Virus record (IMG/VR): IMGVR_UViG_3300007229_000009
Direction: 5' to 3' (one strand)
Source: an uncultured virus (IMG/VR IMGVR_UViG_3300007229_000009)
Taxonomy: Duplodnaviria; Heunggongvirae; Uroviricota; Caudoviricetes; Crassvirales
Length of the DNA stretch: 64,000 nt
Of the stretch, positions 27,887 through 39,051 are shown piece after piece. Positions within the stretch are counted from its first letter, which is position 1. Every line of letters starts with the position of its first letter. A model generated the notes under the pieces. The model was not told the origin of the DNA and did no database searches. It saw nothing but the letters and a program-made list of their open reading frames with translations. Both the position numbers and the translations under genes were made by a program.

Positions 27887-28810
27887 TTATCGTTGACCTA
27901 ATATTTCTTTTATTTTTGCTAATTGTGCTGGAGTTAAATTTTTAAAGTCATCCTTTTTTAACTCTCTAAATGTTTTATTGTCACCAAATATACTTTCGTA
28001 GTTTTCTCCAATTAATTGTTCAGCCTGTTTATCTGTATATGGTTGGTAATAATCAATTGTAGGAGCTATATATCCCGCATCTCCTGGTTTTAAATCCATA
28101 TTATAATCATCAGCTCTATTCAAATATGCTGGATTATCAGTTTGAACTGCTTTGCCAGTATTTTTATCAATTACAACATTACCGCCTTTATCCATATTTT
28201 TAAACACATCACTTTCAGCAAAAGTTCCAGCTTTCCTATCAGCACCAGATTTCATGTAATCTGGCAATGAACTTGCAAGTGCAGAAACACCAGCTACTCC
28301 AGATTGTATAGCACCCATTGTTGATGCCGCTGCAGCTTCTCTTGAGTCAGCCGACATTGTTGTTAAGTCTCTAGCTTGTCCTACATCCATACCTACCAAC
28401 TCATCTTTTATTCGTTCTGCGTTTTGTGCTTTTTTAAGTTCTAAGTCATATAAGTCTTTACCCATTACAAGTCTTTGTTCTTCATTTGCCGCAGTTCCTG
28501 CCGCACTTACTTTACCTATACCTGCTGCTAAAGTTCTTGCATCAGCACCTTGTAGTGAGTCTATAGCTTGTCTTTGTTGTGCAGTATTTTCTCTAAAAGC
28601 TCTGTCATAAGATTCTGTAGGCAACTTAATGTTTTCAAAATTGTCTGCCATCATTCTATTTCTTGCTTGTTGCATTAACCTTTCTGAGTCAGCTTTTGCT
28701 TGACTCGCTGCTCTTCGTTGTTTACCTGCTTGACCTAAACCAATACCCATGCCTGCTAAACCTGTTGCGGCTGCTATACTTCCTAATATTATTGCTGCTG
28801 GACCTGCCAT
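27887..28810 (-). CDS. Putative DNA pilot/ejection protein
   Basis: Gly/Ala-rich hydrophobic N-terminus followed by Gln/Ala coiled coil. Confidence 0.6.
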   Translation of the reverse strand: MAGPAAIILGSIAAATGLAGMGIGLGQAGKQRRAASQAKADSERLMQQARNRMMADNFENIKLPTESYDRAFRENTAQQRQAIDSLQGADARTLAAGIGKVSAAGTAANEEQRLVMGKDLYDLELKKAQNAERIKDELVGMDVGQARDLTTMSADSREAAAASTMGAIQSGVAGVSALASSLPDYMKSGADRKAGTFAESDVFKNMDKGGNVVIDKNTGKAVQTDNPAYLNRADDYNMDLKPGDAGYIAPTIDYYQPYTDKQAEQLIGENYESIFGDNKTFRELKKDDFKNLTPAQLAKIKEILGQR

Positions 28811-29316
28811 AATTTTTTATTTATTTTATTTATTATTTTTTTAGGTAAATCTCTATAATTATTAGTATATACCTCAGCTTCTGCTTCTTCAAAAGTTTTA
28901 GCTTTTACCTTATAAACACAACAAAAACTACTGTCTTCATGTACATAAAACACTCTTTGTGTCCCTATTTGTGTAAAAATAGTGTGTGGAGCAACTATTG
29001 TTTTAATTTCTCCCGCATCTGTGATGTACGAAACCTTACCCTTTAATAAAAAAGAAGGGTGTTGTTGTTTGTGAATCATACTTATTATAATCCCATCTTT
29101 AGGCATAAAAAGTTCTCTTGTATAGAGACCACCTTCGATGTGTTGTTTTAATGGACATAACTCTGAAAACTCTTGACTATAAGGTTCTCCAGCGGTATGA
29201 TCTAAAGAAATTTCTAAAGCCTGTGCTTTTTTATGAAAATTCTCAATTTTTTCCCACATTAAACCTCTTCTAGCTACTACAGAGTTTAATACATCATGAG
29301 CTATTTGTAATTCCAT
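28789..29316 (-). CDS. Cupin-like hypothetical protein
   Basis: HIEGGLYTRELFMPKD...IHKQQH...LLKGKV pattern; TATCTTTG at 29322-29329. Confidence 0.6.
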   Translation of the reverse strand: MELQIAHDVLNSVVARRGLMWEKIENFHKKAQALEISLDHTAGEPYSQEFSELCPLKQHIEGGLYTRELFMPKDGIIISMIHKQQHPSFLLKGKVSYITDAGEIKTIVAPHTIFTQIGTQRVFYVHEDSSFCCVYKVKAKTFEEAEAEVYTNNYRDLPKKIINKINKKLWQVQQQ

Positions 29317-29336
29317 TCACACAAAGATAACAAATT

Positions 29337-30110
29337 CTAAGGATAACTTTTCATTACATTACTACCTACAGAAAATAGCTCTACTGCACTAGTATCATCA
29401 TTAGTCATTGTAAACTCCATATAGTATCCACGAGCTCCATGTGACTCTGCAATACTGTTTTTATAATACAATATAAAAAAGCCTGTAGAAGGAACAACAC
29501 CACCAGTGGCTGTGTCAATACTTACAGTAATAGTTTTACTAGTTACCGCAGTAACTGCTCCCGCTATAACTGGATTAGTCTGCCCTGCTGCTACATCTAA
29601 ACTATAAATAATATCTCCTATACTTAATATGTTTCCAATTGATTTAGCAAATGTTATTACTGTAGCAGTAGCTGGACCAGTGACTCCTGTACAAGTAGCA
29701 ATACCATTTCCTGATCTTAACTTCCAGTCCACTGTTCCTGATTTACTTCTTATATATGAATACCATTCACCTTCTTTTTGTTCAAAATATGTCTCAAGCA
29801 TTGAACCACTGCTTAAATCAGTGTTTAAATCAGTAACTGCCCAACTGTGAGAACTTTCATAAGACATGGTCTTAAATAACTTAATACTTAATGTAGGCTC
29901 TGGATTAAACACACTAGTAACGGTTGAAATACCTTGCACACCATAATAGTTGTTTCTTAATGAGTTAGTATTATGTCTCCATAAGTTTCCTTGGTAAAAT
30001 GTATATAAATATCCATTCATACCTTTTATATACTCTGGATAGTATGTGTAAAAAGATGGCCACCCTGGGCTTCTTTTGTCATCGCTAAATGTTAATGTCT
30101 CTGCTGCCAT
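29337..30110 (-). CDS. Tail protein resembling the C-terminal part of a tail nozzle/stabilisation protein
   Basis: TLTFS...GWPSFYTYYPE, NNYYGV, KLFKTMSYES, FEQKEGEWY and RGYY motifs. Confidence 0.65.
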   Translation of the reverse strand: MAAETLTFSDDKRSPGWPSFYTYYPEYIKGMNGYLYTFYQGNLWRHNTNSLRNNYYGVQGISTVTSVFNPEPTLSIKLFKTMSYESSHSWAVTDLNTDLSSGSMLETYFEQKEGEWYSYIRSKSGTVDWKLRSGNGIATCTGVTGPATATVITFAKSIGNILSIGDIIYSLDVAAGQTNPVIAGAVTAVTSKTITVSIDTATGGVVPSTGFFILYYKNSIAESHGARGYYMEFTMTNDDTSAVELFSVGSNVMKSYP

Positions 30111-30119
30111 AGTTTGTTA

Positions 30120-31838
30120 TTAAGGTGGTGTACAACTTGAGTCTAAAATTACTACACCACTTGAATTTACACGTATATAAAAATTATTAGTTCCTACTGA
30201 ATAAATATAAAAGTAAGAATTACCACCATTTAAAGGATTACTACATCCTATAGTAGTATATACTGTGTCTCCAGTTACTGGGTATGTACCCGATCCGTTA
30301 TGATAATACATGTTATCTATAGATGGAGTAGCACCAGGGTTACATATTGCTCCAAAACTTAATGGATTACTACTTGGGTAAGCTGTACAAGTATTACAGT
30401 TAGTTACAGATGCAACTACACCACTTCCTCCAGTTATTGTAATATAACTACCTCCATTGGTAGTTGTTATTTTATATAAACCATCGGGTAATGTTATGGT
30501 CTTACATGCATCTGTATAACATGTGTCACTAGCTACAGGCAATGAACCAGAGCCATTATGATAAAATGTTGTTGTTAATGAAGCTGCACATGCATCGGTT
30601 CCACTAGCTTGACTTGTGCTTGAACTGAATGATGTGCCTAATGCAAAACTAGATGGACCACTAACCAGTCCTGCAGAACCAGTTATTTCAATATAAGAAG
30701 TTGCATTTAATTTGTAGTACCCTGCTGATAATGGAGTTGTTCCACCAGCATCAGAGAATGCATTATCTCCAGATGTAGGTAATGTTCCAGAACCATTATG
30801 ATAAAATGTCTGATCGATTGTGTCTGTACAAGCTGCACTTACAGATGCACCAGTTGATGAGGATGCAAATGCAGTGTTAGTTGGACATGTTGAAGTTGCA
30901 GAAACTACACCAGAAACAACTTGAGCAACAATTGTTGCATCTAATTTATAAAACCCATCAGCTAAAGCTGTAGCACCGGTATTGTTAGAAAACACAAAGT
31001 TTCCTATTTGAGGAATTGTATTGCTGTCTGGCACAGGAGTAGTTTGACCTAAGGAAGATGAATTTCGTGCAAAATAATATGTTTGATCTTGTGTCGCGCT
31101 ACAAGCTAAGCCTGGATTTGTTTGAACCGTATTGGTAGTAAACGAAGGTAAAGCCGCTGGACATATTGCATCAAACTGAAATGCTGTACTACCACAAACC
31201 CCAACCAACTGTAACCTTAAATTAGAAGGTGTTGCATTTGGTTTAGGTATCACCATAGTATAAAAAATATTACCAGTAGCATTTAAGTTTACTGTACCTG
31301 AAGCTGGTATAACTATAGTAGTATCTGTACCCGTATCTACAAAAGCAGTTCCATTATATGTGTAGTTAGAAACTGTGGTAGAACTTCCTTCTAAATCACT
31401 AGCTGTACAACCTCCAGTAGGTGTACCTACAAAATTTATTTCTCCAGCAGTAGCTAATTCAATACCATGATTATTAGTAGTTAAGGTATTGTAAGTAGTT
31501 GAATCAAAAGTTGCTAAAATTCCATCTGGAATATTATAAGGTTGAAAATACACAATTATTGCACCCACATCTGCCGTGGTGTTACCCATATCAATATCAA
31601 TAATATAACTACCAACATTTCCACTTCCACTAATATTACTACCACATGGCACTGGACACTCACAGTTTGCCGCAGTTCCTAAAGTTCCACCTGTTTGTTG
31701 CCTGTATGTAACTGTAGTTTCTGTAGGTGCTTGATACCACCCATCTGGTGCTTTAGTTGTTAATGCACTATCAGACCACACCGCTGTAGCTGTTGAGAAC
31801 AAACTCGTGTCTATATAATATGTGTTATCTGTAGCCAT
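30120..31838 (-). CDS. Thr/Ser/Gly/Cys-rich virion surface protein with repeated YHNGSGxxP modules
   Basis: About four repeats of C...(F/Y)YHNGSGxxP..D...C; N-terminus duplicates a segment of the upstream 1607-aa protein. Confidence 0.65.
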   Translation of the reverse strand: MATDNTYYIDTSLFSTATAVWSDSALTTKAPDGWYQAPTETTVTYRQQTGGTLGTAANCECPVPCGSNISGSGNVGSYIIDIDMGNTTADVGAIIVYFQPYNIPDGILATFDSTTYNTLTTNNHGIELATAGEINFVGTPTGGCTASDLEGSSTTVSNYTYNGTAFVDTGTDTTIVIPASGTVNLNATGNIFYTMVIPKPNATPSNLRLQLVGVCGSTAFQFDAICPAALPSFTTNTVQTNPGLACSATQDQTYYFARNSSSLGQTTPVPDSNTIPQIGNFVFSNNTGATALADGFYKLDATIVAQVVSGVVSATSTCPTNTAFASSSTGASVSAACTDTIDQTFYHNGSGTLPTSGDNAFSDAGGTTPLSAGYYKLNATSYIEITGSAGLVSGPSSFALGTSFSSSTSQASGTDACAASLTTTFYHNGSGSLPVASDTCYTDACKTITLPDGLYKITTTNGGSYITITGGSGVVASVTNCNTCTAYPSSNPLSFGAICNPGATPSIDNMYYHNGSGTYPVTGDTVYTTIGCSNPLNGGNSYFYIYSVGTNNFYIRVNSSGVVILDSSCTPP

Positions 31839-31841
31839 TAT

Positions 31842-34800
31842 TTAGCAAGTTAATAAATTTTCTACCATACCAGAGCTATTGACATATATTACTGATGTTG
31901 CACTCAGAGAATAATATCCCGCTGCAAGTAGAGTAGTTCCAGTGTTATTAGAATATACAAAATTATTTACAACTGGTGTCGTTCCAGTTCCATTGTGATA
32001 ATATGTTTGATCTTGAGCTAATCCACAAGCTTCTGACCTTAAAGACTTCATTATAGAAGAAGAATAAGAAGAGTATGTGCAACCAGTACAACATATATCT
32101 GAAGCACCTGTAGTGCTTGAGCATAATGGTATAGCAGTACCACATGGAGCACAAGTTACTGAAGGCAATAAAAGTCCTGCAGATTGTTCTCTCACAATAC
32201 TCGTTGCTTGATAAAATTGATTAGGCGCTTTAGTGTGTAAATTTGAATCTGTCCATACTGCTGTAGCTGTAGCAAAACTATCTGTGTCTATGTAATAGCT
32301 GACAGAGTTTCCAGAGCAACATGCAGTTAAATCAGTCGATCCATCTCTAAGCACTATATTAGTTACATTTCTGTAATCCCATACCATGTATAAATATTTG
32401 TCTGTTATAGGACTACTATTAGTATAAGTAAATGATGCTTGATACAATCCAGTTGATGGATTTGTTATTGGTGTTGCAGTTGTTGATGCAGCATCAATTA
32501 TAGCCCAATCATTTGCAGTATATTGTATAGGGCTTACTAAGTATTTAAACTTATCTACTGTTCCATCAAAAACAAAATCATCAAAATCTTTTTTATTAGA
32601 CTGCATTGTAATACTTGAACCAGATACTGGCATAATCCCAACTGAAGTTTGTCCAGTCGTTGATATAAAACTTTCTACAGGATCAGCAGAATTAAAAGTT
32701 ATAAGTTCACTTGAAACAGGACTTGTTAATGTTCCTTTGTTCCAGTAATATTGATTATGAATAAACTTACCATCATCTACTGGTGAACCTAAAGTTATTT
32801 GAACAACAATAATTTCATTAGTTGTTGGACAATTAGGTGTAATATCATATGTAGCACTTCCACTTGGTGTTATTGTAACTGTAGCAGTTGCTGGATTAGC
32901 TTTGTTTTTGTTAAAACTTACAGTGCCACTTCCAGTAATTGATTGATTAATAACACTATTATTATCCCAAACCACTTGTAAAGTCACCGTTCCAGTTACA
33001 TTAAATGTAAAGTCTACAGTACCTTGAGAAGTTCCAAAATCTATTGAATAAGATGAAGCATTTGTAACAGATTGTCTTGAAATTAATGTACCACATGGTA
33101 ATGGTACAATTACTGATGGTATATCAGTTACAGTAGAAGATAATATATATTCATTCATATACGGATCAAATCCACCTAGTTTTTGTTTATTAAAATTTTG
33201 TGTAAATAAATCTCTAAAATAAGACCTCATTCCTAGTTCAGATATAACAACTAATGCTTGTTGTCTTCCTGCTCCTTTTAACTGTATTACTGCATTTCTT
33301 TTAGCATCTGTAAAATACATAGAATCACCATGTGAGGCAAAACTTTCAGGGTTGCTACTTATACCATATTCCTCTATTCTTGCTACTTGTTGTCCTAAGA
33401 CTAAAGGAGAAGCTGATATTGCACCCCCACCATCCGCAGTTGTTAAAACATCTTTTTGTGCCAACACATAAGATATTTTGTCTTCTTGTAAACACATTAT
33501 ATCTGTTTCTCTTGCATGTAAAACCTGAATTGGACCATAAGTAACCTCACAGTCTTTGAAGTTCGCTAAACCTAAATTAAACTCATTTAGTCTATTTACA
33601 TTAGATTCTTCACTGTATAAGCCACTGTAAGTCATTCCTGCAAACCTATCTGCTTCTTTATAGTCTTGGTCCGATACAGATGTCACTCTTTGTCCTAGAG
33701 TGAACGATTGTCCTATAAGAGAATCTTCTACTTTAAAACTTTCTACACCATTACCAAATGAAAAACAATCAAAAAAGCCTAAAGTACTAATAGCTGGTAG
33801 TGTGCTAGTTTGTGTTTGTGTTGTTCCAGTGTGAAAACCACCTGTTATATCATAACATGCATCGTCTTCATAATATATGTCATTATCAACATCTACTGGT
33901 ATTGACTCAAAAGTTATTATTGAATTTGCAACTTGTACAGATATCCTACCTTTTACTCTTGATGGGTGTCCTCCAACTCCTTGTGTACCACTTTTTAATG
34001 CTAAATATAAAAAATTAGTTTGTCCTGTTCCTGTAGATGGTGTATTTCCATTAGTTGTAGAAAACCTATATTGATTCTTACCTTGTATTCTTCCAGGTAT
34101 ACTTTTAGATGGTAATGGATTTTCATTAATAAATATATTTTGATTTGCACCAGAATCATCTGTGCTTGTGTCTACACCACCAGTAAAATCAATAGCCTCA
34201 CCAACTACAAAATCATATAAATTATCGTAATCATTAGATGCTTGAAAAGTTTTATTATAGTTGTATATTTCTGAACCTGCTCGGTTATTTCTTTCGCTTC
34301 TAAAAAACTCAAAATCAAATGTTACTAAACTCCCTTCTGGCAACACAACGTTTGTATCTCCACTCGTTCTGTTTCTAAAACAAGGTATTTGAATACTTGG
34401 GTAATTTCTTTTCGACTGATCAGATTCAGTTCCAGAGCTCCATGCAGAAGAGTCTTCTGATGTGTCTATATTGAAATTAGTTGGTTTTAACTCCATGTAT
34501 AATCCTGCTAATTCAGAAATATAAGGAGCAATTCCACCTGTTTCTATATTTGCCGCAGGAGTTAAAAAGTTTTGTTCTTTTGCATCTACACTCAAAACTT
34601 CTTGTGTTTGATAAGTAGATAAAGCTCCAAATGTATCAGCTTTTACCCTTAATATATCCCCAGTTTTTACTTTAGTTTGATTTTGCCCTTCTAATTTAAA
34701 ATACACTGTATTAGTGGTAGTGTCTCTGTAATAAAAATTACTATAAATAGTTTCATAAGGCCCCTCAGCTCTTTTTACTACAAATTTATACTTACTTGCC

Positions 34801-36665
34801 CAGTAAGGAGGTTTTTGAGTAATTGGTATAGTAACTTTAATTTGATTTTTTTGAGCTGATGTTGATGCAGGTGTAAATATTGTATTGTCTGGTGAGACTA
34901 AAGCGGTAGAACTTCTTAAATATTCATCCATATAAACCACCCCTACTTCGTAATTTCTGTTACTATGTAAACTTTTAGTGTTACCATTTCCTAAAAACAA
35001 CACCTCGCCAGAAGTAAATTTATAATATTCATATAAAGGTGCTGAAGTTCCTATTGAAGGATCAGAATCAACAAACTTCATTGCTGGTATTTGAAATGTA
35101 ACTACATTTGAACCTGGTTGTGATGTTATTCTAATTCCTTGATTTAAACCAGAAATACCACTTTCGCTTTTTGACCAACCAATGTTAGAATTACTATCAC
35201 CAGGATTAGTTACAGCACAATTAAATGTATCGGTAAAACTTGTTCCATTAGAACAAGCATTAGCAACAGTTGTAAAGTATGCAGGTTCACTTCCAATTCT
35301 GGTTTTAAAATCAACACTATTTACCATTTCATAAACACTATTAAAATCTTGTGCTAATGTAAATATTGTAGAGATGTCAGTTGAAGGTTGTGATGTGGTT
35401 GTTGAACCACTATTGCCAGAAAATGTAGAATGAATAAATGTAAAATCAAAATCTAATACAGCTCCACTTTTTAATTTTGTGGCAATATCAGATAAATCTA
35501 TAGAAACAGTACTATTAGCTATAGTTTGTGGAGTGTCAATAGTGTATTGTGCTCCACTTACTAAAGTAGGAGTGAAATCATTTGTTTCTATATTACTACT
35601 AACTCTTTCTGCTTCAAAAGTCATTTGACAACTATTGCCATCACTATCTACCATATCGTAACCATCTACATAGTTACCATACACCAACCTATTACCCATT
35701 AAAGTTTGTGCTTTTGCAGTTCTTGGCACATTATCATAAAGCCTTAATAATTCACTATCTGGTAGTATTGTATATATTTTACTATTACTAAATGTTTGTG
35801 TCTGAATTGTATTATCTGGCCATCCATAATTAGACTTGTTAAATCTTTCAATAACATTTAATACGTTAGAGTCTGCAAATTTAAAAATTAAATCAACCCC
35901 AACTACATTAGAGTCTCCAGTGTTAAAACTAAGCTCTACTGCATTATAAATGTTTTTCATACCACTGTTTAGATTTGTGGCTATATCTAGCTTAAAAACT
36001 CCAGGAACAAAGGCTATGTCAGTAAATTGTGATAGTGCACTATACTCATCATCTTGATATTTATATCTATAAGCAAAAGAAATCATACGAGTTTCCATAT
36101 AATTCGCTTCAGTCGCCTGTGATATTAAATTAAATGTAGGTGCCGCTAAAGGTGGCTGAACAATGACATTTAACTCTTTATCTGTTACAACATCTGCACC
36201 AGATAGTGGACTAGGATAATTTCTGGTAACATTAATTTTTCGTGGTGGATTTACATCATCAGTAAAAAACAATAAATTACCTATTTTGTTTACACTATTA
36301 ATTAGGTTTGTAGTGTTAAAATTTAAAACGCTTACAGAAACTACGTGATAAGTGATTAGTTCATTTTTTGTATCAAAAGAAACAATCATATCTACAGTTG
36401 TTGATGTTATAAACCAATATATAGTTTCATTAGCTCCATCATCATATGCACCAATACAAGTTGCATTTGTTAAATCAGCACCTTCATATTGTAATGTTGT
36501 AAGTTTAGTATTTCCTTTAGAATTTTCTACAGCTCCTATTTCTGTGGTTTCAGTTGATCCTAGCCTAACATTTATAGCATTGACATATTCGCCTGGAGGA
36601 AGAAGTCTCTCATCCACGCTTTTATTCATTCTTCCGCGTACAAAATTTGTAGTTACTATTGGCAT
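31842..36665 (-). CDS. Tail nozzle/stabilisation protein with a C-terminal Cys-rich extension
   Basis: GRMNKSVDERL, LFFTDDVNPPRKIN, FAYRYKY, GNRLVYGNY, EYGISSNPESFA and GGFDPY motifs. Confidence 0.75.
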   Translation of the reverse strand: MPIVTTNFVRGRMNKSVDERLLPPGEYVNAINVRLGSTETTEIGAVENSKGNTKLTTLQYEGADLTNATCIGAYDDGANETIYWFITSTTVDMIVSFDTKNELITYHVVSVSVLNFNTTNLINSVNKIGNLLFFTDDVNPPRKINVTRNYPSPLSGADVVTDKELNVIVQPPLAAPTFNLISQATEANYMETRMISFAYRYKYQDDEYSALSQFTDIAFVPGVFKLDIATNLNSGMKNIYNAVELSFNTGDSNVVGVDLIFKFADSNVLNVIERFNKSNYGWPDNTIQTQTFSNSKIYTILPDSELLRLYDNVPRTAKAQTLMGNRLVYGNYVDGYDMVDSDGNSCQMTFEAERVSSNIETNDFTPTLVSGAQYTIDTPQTIANSTVSIDLSDIATKLKSGAVLDFDFTFIHSTFSGNSGSTTTSQPSTDISTIFTLAQDFNSVYEMVNSVDFKTRIGSEPAYFTTVANACSNGTSFTDTFNCAVTNPGDSNSNIGWSKSESGISGLNQGIRITSQPGSNVVTFQIPAMKFVDSDPSIGTSAPLYEYYKFTSGEVLFLGNGNTKSLHSNRNYEVGVVYMDEYLRSSTALVSPDNTIFTPASTSAQKNQIKVTIPITQKPPYWASKYKFVVKRAEGPYETIYSNFYYRDTTTNTVYFKLEGQNQTKVKTGDILRVKADTFGALSTYQTQEVLSVDAKEQNFLTPAANIETGGIAPYISELAGLYMELKPTNFNIDTSEDSSAWSSGTESDQSKRNYPSIQIPCFRNRTSGDTNVVLPEGSLVTFDFEFFRSERNNRAGSEIYNYNKTFQASNDYDNLYDFVVGEAIDFTGGVDTSTDDSGANQNIFINENPLPSKSIPGRIQGKNQYRFSTTNGNTPSTGTGQTNFLYLALKSGTQGVGGHPSRVKGRISVQVANSIITFESIPVDVDNDIYYEDDACYDITGGFHTGTTQTQTSTLPAISTLGFFDCFSFGNGVESFKVEDSLIGQSFTLGQRVTSVSDQDYKEADRFAGMTYSGLYSEESNVNRLNEFNLGLANFKDCEVTYGPIQVLHARETDIMCLQEDKISYVLAQKDVLTTADGGGAISASPLVLGQQVARIEEYGISSNPESFASHGDSMYFTDAKRNAVIQLKGAGRQQALVVISELGMRSYFRDLFTQNFNKQKLGGFDPYMNEYILSSTVTDIPSVIVPLPCGTLISRQSVTNASSYSIDFGTSQGTVDFTFNVTGTVTLQVVWDNNSVINQSITGSGTVSFNKNKANPATATVTITPSGSATYDITPNCPTTNEIIVVQITLGSPVDDGKFIHNQYYWNKGTLTSPVSSELITFNSADPVESFISTTGQTSVGIMPVSGSSITMQSNKKDFDDFVFDGTVDKFKYLVSPIQYTANDWAIIDAASTTATPITNPSTGLYQASFTYTNSSPITDKYLYMVWDYRNVTNIVLRDGSTDLTACCSGNSVSYYIDTDSFATATAVWTDSNLHTKAPNQFYQATSIVREQSAGLLLPSVTCAPCGTAIPLCSSTTGASDICCTGCTYSSYSSSIMKSLRSEACGLAQDQTYYHNGTGTTPVVNNFVYSNNTGTTLLAAGYYSLSATSVIYVNSSGMVENLLTC

Positions 36666-36666
36666 A

Positions 36667-37575
36667 TTACTTAATCCATTTAGCCTGACCTCTCATATTC
36701 ATTAAAAGTCGACCAGGGTGTATATTACTTAATCTAATTTTTGCGTTTCTTAATAAAGAAGACTTATCTTTTCTAGCTCTGTTTACAACATATTCTTGAA
36801 CTCCTAATTTACCATTTAATATAGAGTATTTAATATATGCATAAATAAATTCTTCAAATAACTTATTTACACTAATGTCAGCATCGTTGCCTTTCTCCAT
36901 TCCATCAGAAACATATTCTAATACAATAGACTGCCCAGATGCAATAGAGCTAAAATTGATAACACCTCTTTGTTTATCTATAGAAAAAGTAGGATTAGTG
37001 TTAGCAGTTTCAGTGTTTAATCCAAAATGTCCACCAATAGCAAAATCAAAATACCATAAACCATCTACACAATAACCTTCACACCCGTCGTATAGGCTTT
37101 CGTTATTTAAATAGATTGTTTTTTTTGATAAATCCAATGGTGAATCTTGTGGCTTTAGAACATTTCCATTTTGATCAAACAGTATATTATTATTGTTGTC
37201 TTGTAAATAAGTACTAGCCCATTGTGTTTGTATATTTTCAGTAAGTGGAAATAACACTCCATTTTGAAACATTGACACTCTAACCCAGTTTACATAATCA
37301 TGAGGTAAAACAAATAATAATGAATCATCTAAAGCTAATTGTAATATTTTTATTTCTTTCATTGCATCATAGTTCAACTCTTGTATCCCTCTTTTTGCAT
37401 GAAATAAAACTTTATATCGTGTAATATTATTTATCAATTCATTATTACCTTGATACATTAACATGAAATTGTTAACTATTTCATCTAAAGTAACATATTG
37501 ATATGAACCCCAATTTTTATCTTTAGGAGTGCCACCTTCATTTGCATAATATTGATAATCGTTTAAATACGCCAT
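36667..37575 (-). CDS. Tail tubular/ring (adaptor) protein
   Basis: LPHDYVNWVR motif; position between capsid and nozzle genes. Confidence 0.6.
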   Translation of the reverse strand: MAYLNDYQYYANEGGTPKDKNWGSYQYVTLDEIVNNFMLMYQGNNELINNITRYKVLFHAKRGIQELNYDAMKEIKILQLALDDSLLFVLPHDYVNWVRVSMFQNGVLFPLTENIQTQWASTYLQDNNNNILFDQNGNVLKPQDSPLDLSKKTIYLNNESLYDGCEGYCVDGLWYFDFAIGGHFGLNTETANTNPTFSIDKQRGVINFSSIASGQSIVLEYVSDGMEKGNDADISVNKLFEEFIYAYIKYSILNGKLGVQEYVVNRARKDKSSLLRNAKIRLSNIHPGRLLMNMRGQAKWIK

Positions 37576-37578
37576 AAT

Positions 37579-38592
37579 CTATATTTGTATTTGATTGTCT
37601 TCAACTATTTCTTGTTTTCCAAACTGATACACATCAGCTTCTCTTATTTCAATACCTACATACTGACAAATTTTTGCTACTATACCAGGTTCATCAGATA
37701 ATGGTAATTCAAAATCTTGATAATCAGCTTGGTTAGAATCAAACTCTGGGCTTCCTGAAGTCCCACCTACAGTTTGGTATGTCCATTTAGGAGGCAAAGG
37801 ATATCTTACATAATCAGTAATAACAGATCCTGCAGTGCTTATAGTAGTTGGATATACTGTAACAGTATTACCTAACTGACCTTGTGCAGAATCACTCGAT
37901 CCTACAATACCACTTGTTGCACCACCTAACACATAAGCAGGAAAACCAGTTGTAGGAGCAGTAAGTGGTGAGTTGTTCAAATAAAATATTTTATTTTGAT
38001 TAACTCGTTCAACCTCTACAATACCAGTTGTATTGTATGTAGAATATGTGTCACCACCAGCTCCACCTATAGGAAATATATTTGTGCTTAATGTTAATTG
38101 TGTATTGCTATCAATACTTACTATAAATGCACTAAATCCAGCATAATCACTGGATGATGTTGTGTTTGTTATTAATTGCCCTACTTTAACGACACCACTA
38201 GTAGAAAACTGAGCAGCTGAGTCTGTTAAACGATTAGATACTCCTGCGGCAGTAGTGAATCCACTGTCCACAAAGTTGGGGTAATAATTTATTTTATTTA
38301 TATAATAGTAATCTGCAGGCAGATTAAACATATTATTTGCTTGTTTAATTAATCCTTTAGTTACTGAAAAACTATCAATTACTTCTACTAAACTTTTTAC
38401 TATATCTGCATAACCAGTACCAGACACTCTTTGGTTTTGTTTATTTATCCAACTATTGTATTGATAAAAATAGTCTTCAAACAAATCCATTTGTGCTTGT
38501 TGTGCGTACAAATTAAAATCTTGTGGAGATATATATCCATAATTATTCTTGTTTGCGATTGCTTGTACTGTATTTCTAACTGAATTAATCAT
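37579..38592 (-). CDS. Tail ring/head-tail adaptor protein (start MINSV at 38592)
   Basis: NKNNYGYISPQDFN...LPADY...YVRYP; a TATATTTG promoter at 38607-38614 supports this start. Confidence 0.6.
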   Translation of the reverse strand: MINSVRNTVQAIANKNNYGYISPQDFNLYAQQAQMDLFEDYFYQYNSWINKQNQRVSGTGYADIVKSLVEVIDSFSVTKGLIKQANNMFNLPADYYYINKINYYPNFVDSGFTTAAGVSNRLTDSAAQFSTSGVVKVGQLITNTTSSSDYAGFSAFIVSIDSNTQLTLSTNIFPIGGAGGDTYSTYNTTGIVEVERVNQNKIFYLNNSPLTAPTTGFPAYVLGGATSGIVGSSDSAQGQLGNTVTVYPTTISTAGSVITDYVRYPLPPKWTYQTVGGTSGSPEFDSNQADYQDFELPLSDEPGIVAKICQYVGIEIREADVYQFGKQEIVEDNQIQI

Positions 38593-38617
38593 TCTAGTTC
38601 TTTTTACAAATATAAAC

Positions 38618-38651
38618 AAAAAAAAAGAGGCTCAATTGTTTAAGCCTCTTC
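38618..38651 (-). terminator. Rho-independent terminator
   Basis: GAAGAGGCTT...GAGCCTC hairpin followed by a T run. Confidence 0.75.
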
Positions 38652-38675
38652 TTAATTTAAGTCTAATAGATTAAA

Positions 38676-39005
38676 CTATGCCCATGCTTTTTCTACTTGA
38701 GCAACGCTTGTAACAGGATATTTCGGTGAAATACTGAAAATAGGTCTGTTCCAACTTGTAGATAGCGCATCTTCAATAGCCTCTACGATGCTACCAATTT
38801 GCTCTTTCTTTTTAGCTGTATCATCTGCTGTTGAAGCAGTTAATGTAACACCTATTACCTCACTTGCACCAGTTGCTGAATGTCCGACTATATCATATAA
38901 AATGTCTACAGCTCCAGTTCCTGATCCTTGTTCTACTGTAAGAATGTGATTAACATTAATTAAATAATCTTGATCACTTACAGTTACTTTTAAAAATTTT
39001 TCCAT
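38676..39005 (-). CDS. Putative virion protein
   Basis: ORF track; own TATCTTTG promoter at 39038-39045. Confidence 0.65.
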   Translation of the reverse strand: MEKFLKVTVSDQDYLINVNHILTVEQGSGTGAVDILYDIVGHSATGASEVIGVTLTASTADDTAKKKEQIGSIVEAIEDALSTSWNRPIFSISPKYPVTSVAQVEKAWA

Positions 39006-39051
39006 ATCTTATAAATTTATGGGGTTAAACAATTATACAAAGATAATTATT

